A DNA stretch of 64,000 bases from Chthonomonadales bacterium. GTDB taxonomy: Bacteria; Armatimonadota; Chthonomonadetes; Chthonomonadales; CAJBBX01. Made by a program: the position numbers and the translations under genes. Below the pieces are notes generated by a model. The model searched no databases and had not been told where the DNA came from. It saw only the letters and a program-made list of their open reading frames with translations. Positions 60,810 through 64,000 of the stretch are shown in pieces (the first letter of the stretch is position 1; each line of letters opens with the position of its first letter). The stretch covers positions 102,025 to 166,024 of the forward strand of contig JBMFSQ010000004.1 of NCBI GenBank assembly GCA_049967475.1, given 5' to 3'.

Positions 60810-62156
60810 CTAGAGATAACCTCCAGCAGAGCCGAGATTGTTTCGCACGATCGTATCCATGCAATCTTCGATGCGCAGGTTGGCTTCCACGTTTCCGTTG
60901 AGAATGTTTTCCTCAATCAACGTGGTGTCGCAGCGCGTCAGATGAAGGCCCACGCGGTTGTTCTGGATGTTGTTGCGCCGTATCTCGTGGTTGCGCGGGC
61001 GCGTTCGCCCATCGGGCCCCGGTGTCGCAGGTCGGATGCCGTGATCCTGATCGGCAGCGATGCGGATCGCTGTTCCATTCGAGAGAAAAGTATTGCTCAG
61101 GATGGTCCATTCGAAGCTGGTAACGGCATTAGGGAATACATGGAGGAACTCCTCCGCGAAGCGGGACCATAGAAGGAGGCCATGACCATTCCCCTGGAAC
61201 GTGTTCCCCTCTACGCGGCAGCCATGGGCGTTCTCTGCAGCGATGCCTGCTTGACGGTTCATGAGCACCTGGTTCTCCTCCAATAGGGTATCCCAGGAAT
61301 ATCCCAACCAAAAACCGTAATTGGACCGATTGGCGTTGTTTCGGCGAAACGTGTTGCCGCTGCAGAAGGTCGCTTCAAAAGCGATGTTCGGGCTGAGGGA
61401 GGCATCGTTTGCCTCGAACAGGTTGTTGTTGCAACCGGCCGGAGTTCCATCCGGCGCAAGCCCGGCCAGGAAGAAGCCGTCACCCCCCATCCGGGCGGTA
61501 TTGCGAAGGAATCGGTTTCCGCAGGATGATCGTACGGCGACGAAGCCTGCCGCGTCCGCGCCCATATGTCCGTAATGGAGCCCACCCGGGCGCGGTTCGA
61601 AGCGGCAACAGTAATCGGCGGAATTCTCCTCGAAGACGCTGTTGCATGTGGCGGATAGATAGAACCCGAACCCGCTGTTGTAGTTGGCTTCGTTACGGCG
61701 GACTACCAGGTTGGTGCAGCGATAAGCCAGGATGCCGTTCTGCTGATGCTGCAGGTCATTCTCTTCGATGATGCTGTTGCGGACATCCGCGAGCACAATC
61801 GCCGCTCCATAAGCGCTGTGCTCATCCAACCAGATGTCCAGAAACACAGTATTGGGCGCGAGTTCCGCCGTGTCCGCGACGCGATGTCCGTGGATGGTGA
61901 TGCCCTCACACTCGGTTGCGCGAATGCCCCAGCGATAGTCCAGGAGGGTGATGTGGCGGAGAGTTACGCCATCACAGCCCTGGAGAGTGATGCCCACGCC
62001 CTGGCGGTTCAAACCCACGAGCACGGCACCGCGGCCATCTACGGTAATGCCGGGAGATGCGATGCGAATGCCGTTGGGCAGGAAATAGGTGCCTGGCTCA
62101 AAAACGGTATTAGAGCGGATGACCATCCCATCGGATGGCTTGATGGGCTGCTCCAT
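60810..62156 (-). CDS. Right-handed parallel beta-helix (NosD/PbH1) repeat protein
   Basis: Repeated xNxxxxNxxGIxL units; no signal peptide seen from Met 62156. Confidence 0.8.
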   Translation of the reverse strand: MEQPIKPSDGMVIRSNTVFEPGTYFLPNGIRIASPGITVDGRGAVLVGLNRQGVGITLQGCDGVTLRHITLLDYRWGIRATECEGITIHGHRVADTAELAPNTVFLDIWLDEHSAYGAAIVLADVRNSIIEENDLQHQQNGILAYRCTNLVVRRNEANYNSGFGFYLSATCNSVFEENSADYCCRFEPRPGGLHYGHMGADAAGFVAVRSSCGNRFLRNTARMGGDGFFLAGLAPDGTPAGCNNNLFEANDASLSPNIAFEATFCSGNTFRRNNANRSNYGFWLGYSWDTLLEENQVLMNRQAGIAAENAHGCRVEGNTFQGNGHGLLLWSRFAEEFLHVFPNAVTSFEWTILSNTFLSNGTAIRIAADQDHGIRPATPGPDGRTRPRNHEIRRNNIQNNRVGLHLTRCDTTLIEENILNGNVEANLRIEDCMDTIVRNNLGSAGGYL

Positions 62157-62258
62157 GGGTATCCCTATTCCGATTGTTGTGTTGATGGAACGCATACTAA
62201 CTATATCCCATGAGCCGGCTGCCCGGCATGGGGCGTTGCGTGCGGGCGGAAGCCGGTC

Positions 62259-63845
62259 ATGTTGGAGGTCATAGGGAGGGTGGACGTGCCGGGATACGAG
62301 TTGGCGGACAAGGCGATTAGGCTGCATTCTGGGGATGAGGTGGCAGTACTTAGGGAGAACCTCCCTGCGGGCACGGTGCTGATGTGGGAGCATGGGGATG
62401 TGCGGTTGAAGCAGGCCATCCCGGCGGGTCACAAGGTAGCCCTCGTGCCGGTTGCCGAGGGAGCAGCCGTTCACAAGTACGGCCAGATCATCGGATTTGC
62501 CGCTCGTGAGATTAGGGCCGGCGATTGGGTGCATACGCACAATCTAAGGATCGGCAAGGTGGATACCCGGCACGTGCCCGTATCCGTGGCAGACCTTGGC
62601 GAAGAGAAGGCCAACGAAGGCGGCGGTACGTTTGAAGGATACCTCCGCCCGGACGGCAGAGTGGGGACGCGCAATTATCTGGCGATCATCTCTACAGTAA
62701 GCTGTTCTGCGGAAACGACGCAGATGCTGGCGGCGCGGCTGCGGGAAGCAATTACGCGCGAGTTTCCTTACGTGGACGGGGTCGTCCCCATCACCCACAG
62801 CAGCGGATGCGCGATGGGCATGGGCTCTATGGGGTATCGGATTTTGCAAAGAACCCTGGCGGGGATGGCCGATCATCCCAACGTTGGCGCCGCCATGATC
62901 ATCGGGTTGGGGTGCGAAACGAACCAGGCGGTGCAGTTGGTGCGCGAGATACGCGGGCTGAATGCCGGAGCCCGAGGGACGACGAAGGCCTCCGTTCCGG
63001 TTTTGGGTATTCAGCAACTGGGAGGGATCCGGCGCACGGTTGAAGCCGGCTCCGAGGTGGCGTTGCGGTTATTGAAACAGGCGAACCGGGCCCGGCGATC
63101 TACCCAACCCATATCGCAGCTCGTCATCGGCACCAACTGTGGAGGATCGGACGCGTATTCCGGCATCACTGCGAACCCGGCTCTGGGGCTCGCGGGGGAC
63201 GAGATGGTGCGGCGGGGCGCCACATGGGTCCTGGCTGAGACACCGGAAATTTGCGGAGCCGAACACCTACTGGCCGCTCGGGCGCGGGATCCGCGCGTCG
63301 CCGAAGCCTTGCTGGAACGCATGGAATGGTGGCGCAAGTATGCGGCGTTTTTCGGCGAGGAGATCAACAACAACCCGAGCTACGGCAACAAGGAAGGCGG
63401 GCTGAGCACCATCTACGAGAAGGCGCTAGGGGCGGTGATGAAGGCCGGGAGTTCGCCGCTCGAGGCCGTATATGGCTACGGAGAGCGCATCTGCACTCGT
63501 GGGCTGTGCTTTATGGACACGCCGGGCCACGACCAGACTTCCGTCACCGGCCTCGTTGCGGGTGGATGTACGTTGATTGCTTTTACTACAGGACGAGGTT
63601 CATGCCTTGGGTTCAAGCCGGCTCCGGTCCTGAAGATCGCGACGAATACGCCCGTGTTTCAGCGTATGGAGGAAGACATGGATCTGGATGCGGGTGCCGT
63701 GCTGCATGGCTTAACGCTGAAGGACATGGGCCGGCTCATCTTCGATGAGCTTGTTGCCGTGGCCTCCGGGCGGCAGACCAAAAGTGAAGCCCAAGGGTTA
63801 GGAGATTATGAGTTCACGCCATGGGTCGTTGGTCCTGTTCTGTAG
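62259..63845 (+). CDS. uxaA: Altronate/galactarate dehydratase family (UxaA, SAF domain)
   Basis: GHKVAL, KYGQIIG, VHTHN, GTRNY, GLGCE, CGGSD, NPSYGNKEGG, FTTGRG. Confidence 0.88.
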   Translation: MLEVIGRVDVPGYELADKAIRLHSGDEVAVLRENLPAGTVLMWEHGDVRLKQAIPAGHKVALVPVAEGAAVHKYGQIIGFAAREIRAGDWVHTHNLRIGKVDTRHVPVSVADLGEEKANEGGGTFEGYLRPDGRVGTRNYLAIISTVSCSAETTQMLAARLREAITREFPYVDGVVPITHSSGCAMGMGSMGYRILQRTLAGMADHPNVGAAMIIGLGCETNQAVQLVREIRGLNAGARGTTKASVPVLGIQQLGGIRRTVEAGSEVALRLLKQANRARRSTQPISQLVIGTNCGGSDAYSGITANPALGLAGDEMVRRGATWVLAETPEICGAEHLLAARARDPRVAEALLERMEWWRKYAAFFGEEINNNPSYGNKEGGLSTIYEKALGAVMKAGSSPLEAVYGYGERICTRGLCFMDTPGHDQTSVTGLVAGGCTLIAFTTGRGSCLGFKPAPVLKIATNTPVFQRMEEDMDLDAGAVLHGLTLKDMGRLIFDELVAVASGRQTKSEAQGLGDYEFTPWVVGPVL

Positions 63846-64000
63846 CTTGCCCAGCCTTGGCCGCCCCACGAGCGCGCGTCGGGTTACGCGCTCGGTGCAG
63901 GAGAGGCTATACTGGGGAGTCTTCTTGGTCCGGACCACACCCAACCTCCTCGGCGCGTGTGGACGGATGCGTTGACACCGCCTGCCACCCAATGCCGCCC

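Overview
A GC-rich bacterial chromosomal segment with dense coding and no integrase, transposase, prophage gene or CRISPR array that I could recognise. The gene content suggests a diderm organism, possibly Armatimonadota-like (inference only, from the Kdo genes, the DUF1501/DUF1549 pair and a TAT-exported Gfo/Idh/MocA next to a HEAT protein). It carries about 55 CDS: partial pyrE, a cytochrome c, three glycosyltransferases, an NRAMP transporter, a nucleoside-type ABC transporter, glnA-glnB, an S53 peptidase, a fused CtaA-CtaB, ndk, glcD/E/F, cca, lepA, lexA, tsaE/tsaB, kdsD/kdsC, galT and a uxaA-like gene. There are two tRNAs (initiator Met, Ser-GGA) and many near-consensus sigma70 promoters. 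The most interesting signals are mostly regulatory or non-coding: (1) a glnA leader with a 22-codon uORF ending on an intrinsic terminator (candidate new attenuator); (2) a ~210-nt rod-like RNA from a perfect promoter upstream of the NRAMP gene (6S RNA or metal-sensing leader); (3) a ~205-nt rod-like element at 56.5 kb; (4) a NIF3 homolog that has lost its recognisable metal ligands but keeps its PII-like insert; (5) a candidate LexA operator, GTAC-N2-GTAC; (6) a TPR-TPM-TM-Zn-finger membrane protein. Family calls come from motif recognition by eye, not database searches.
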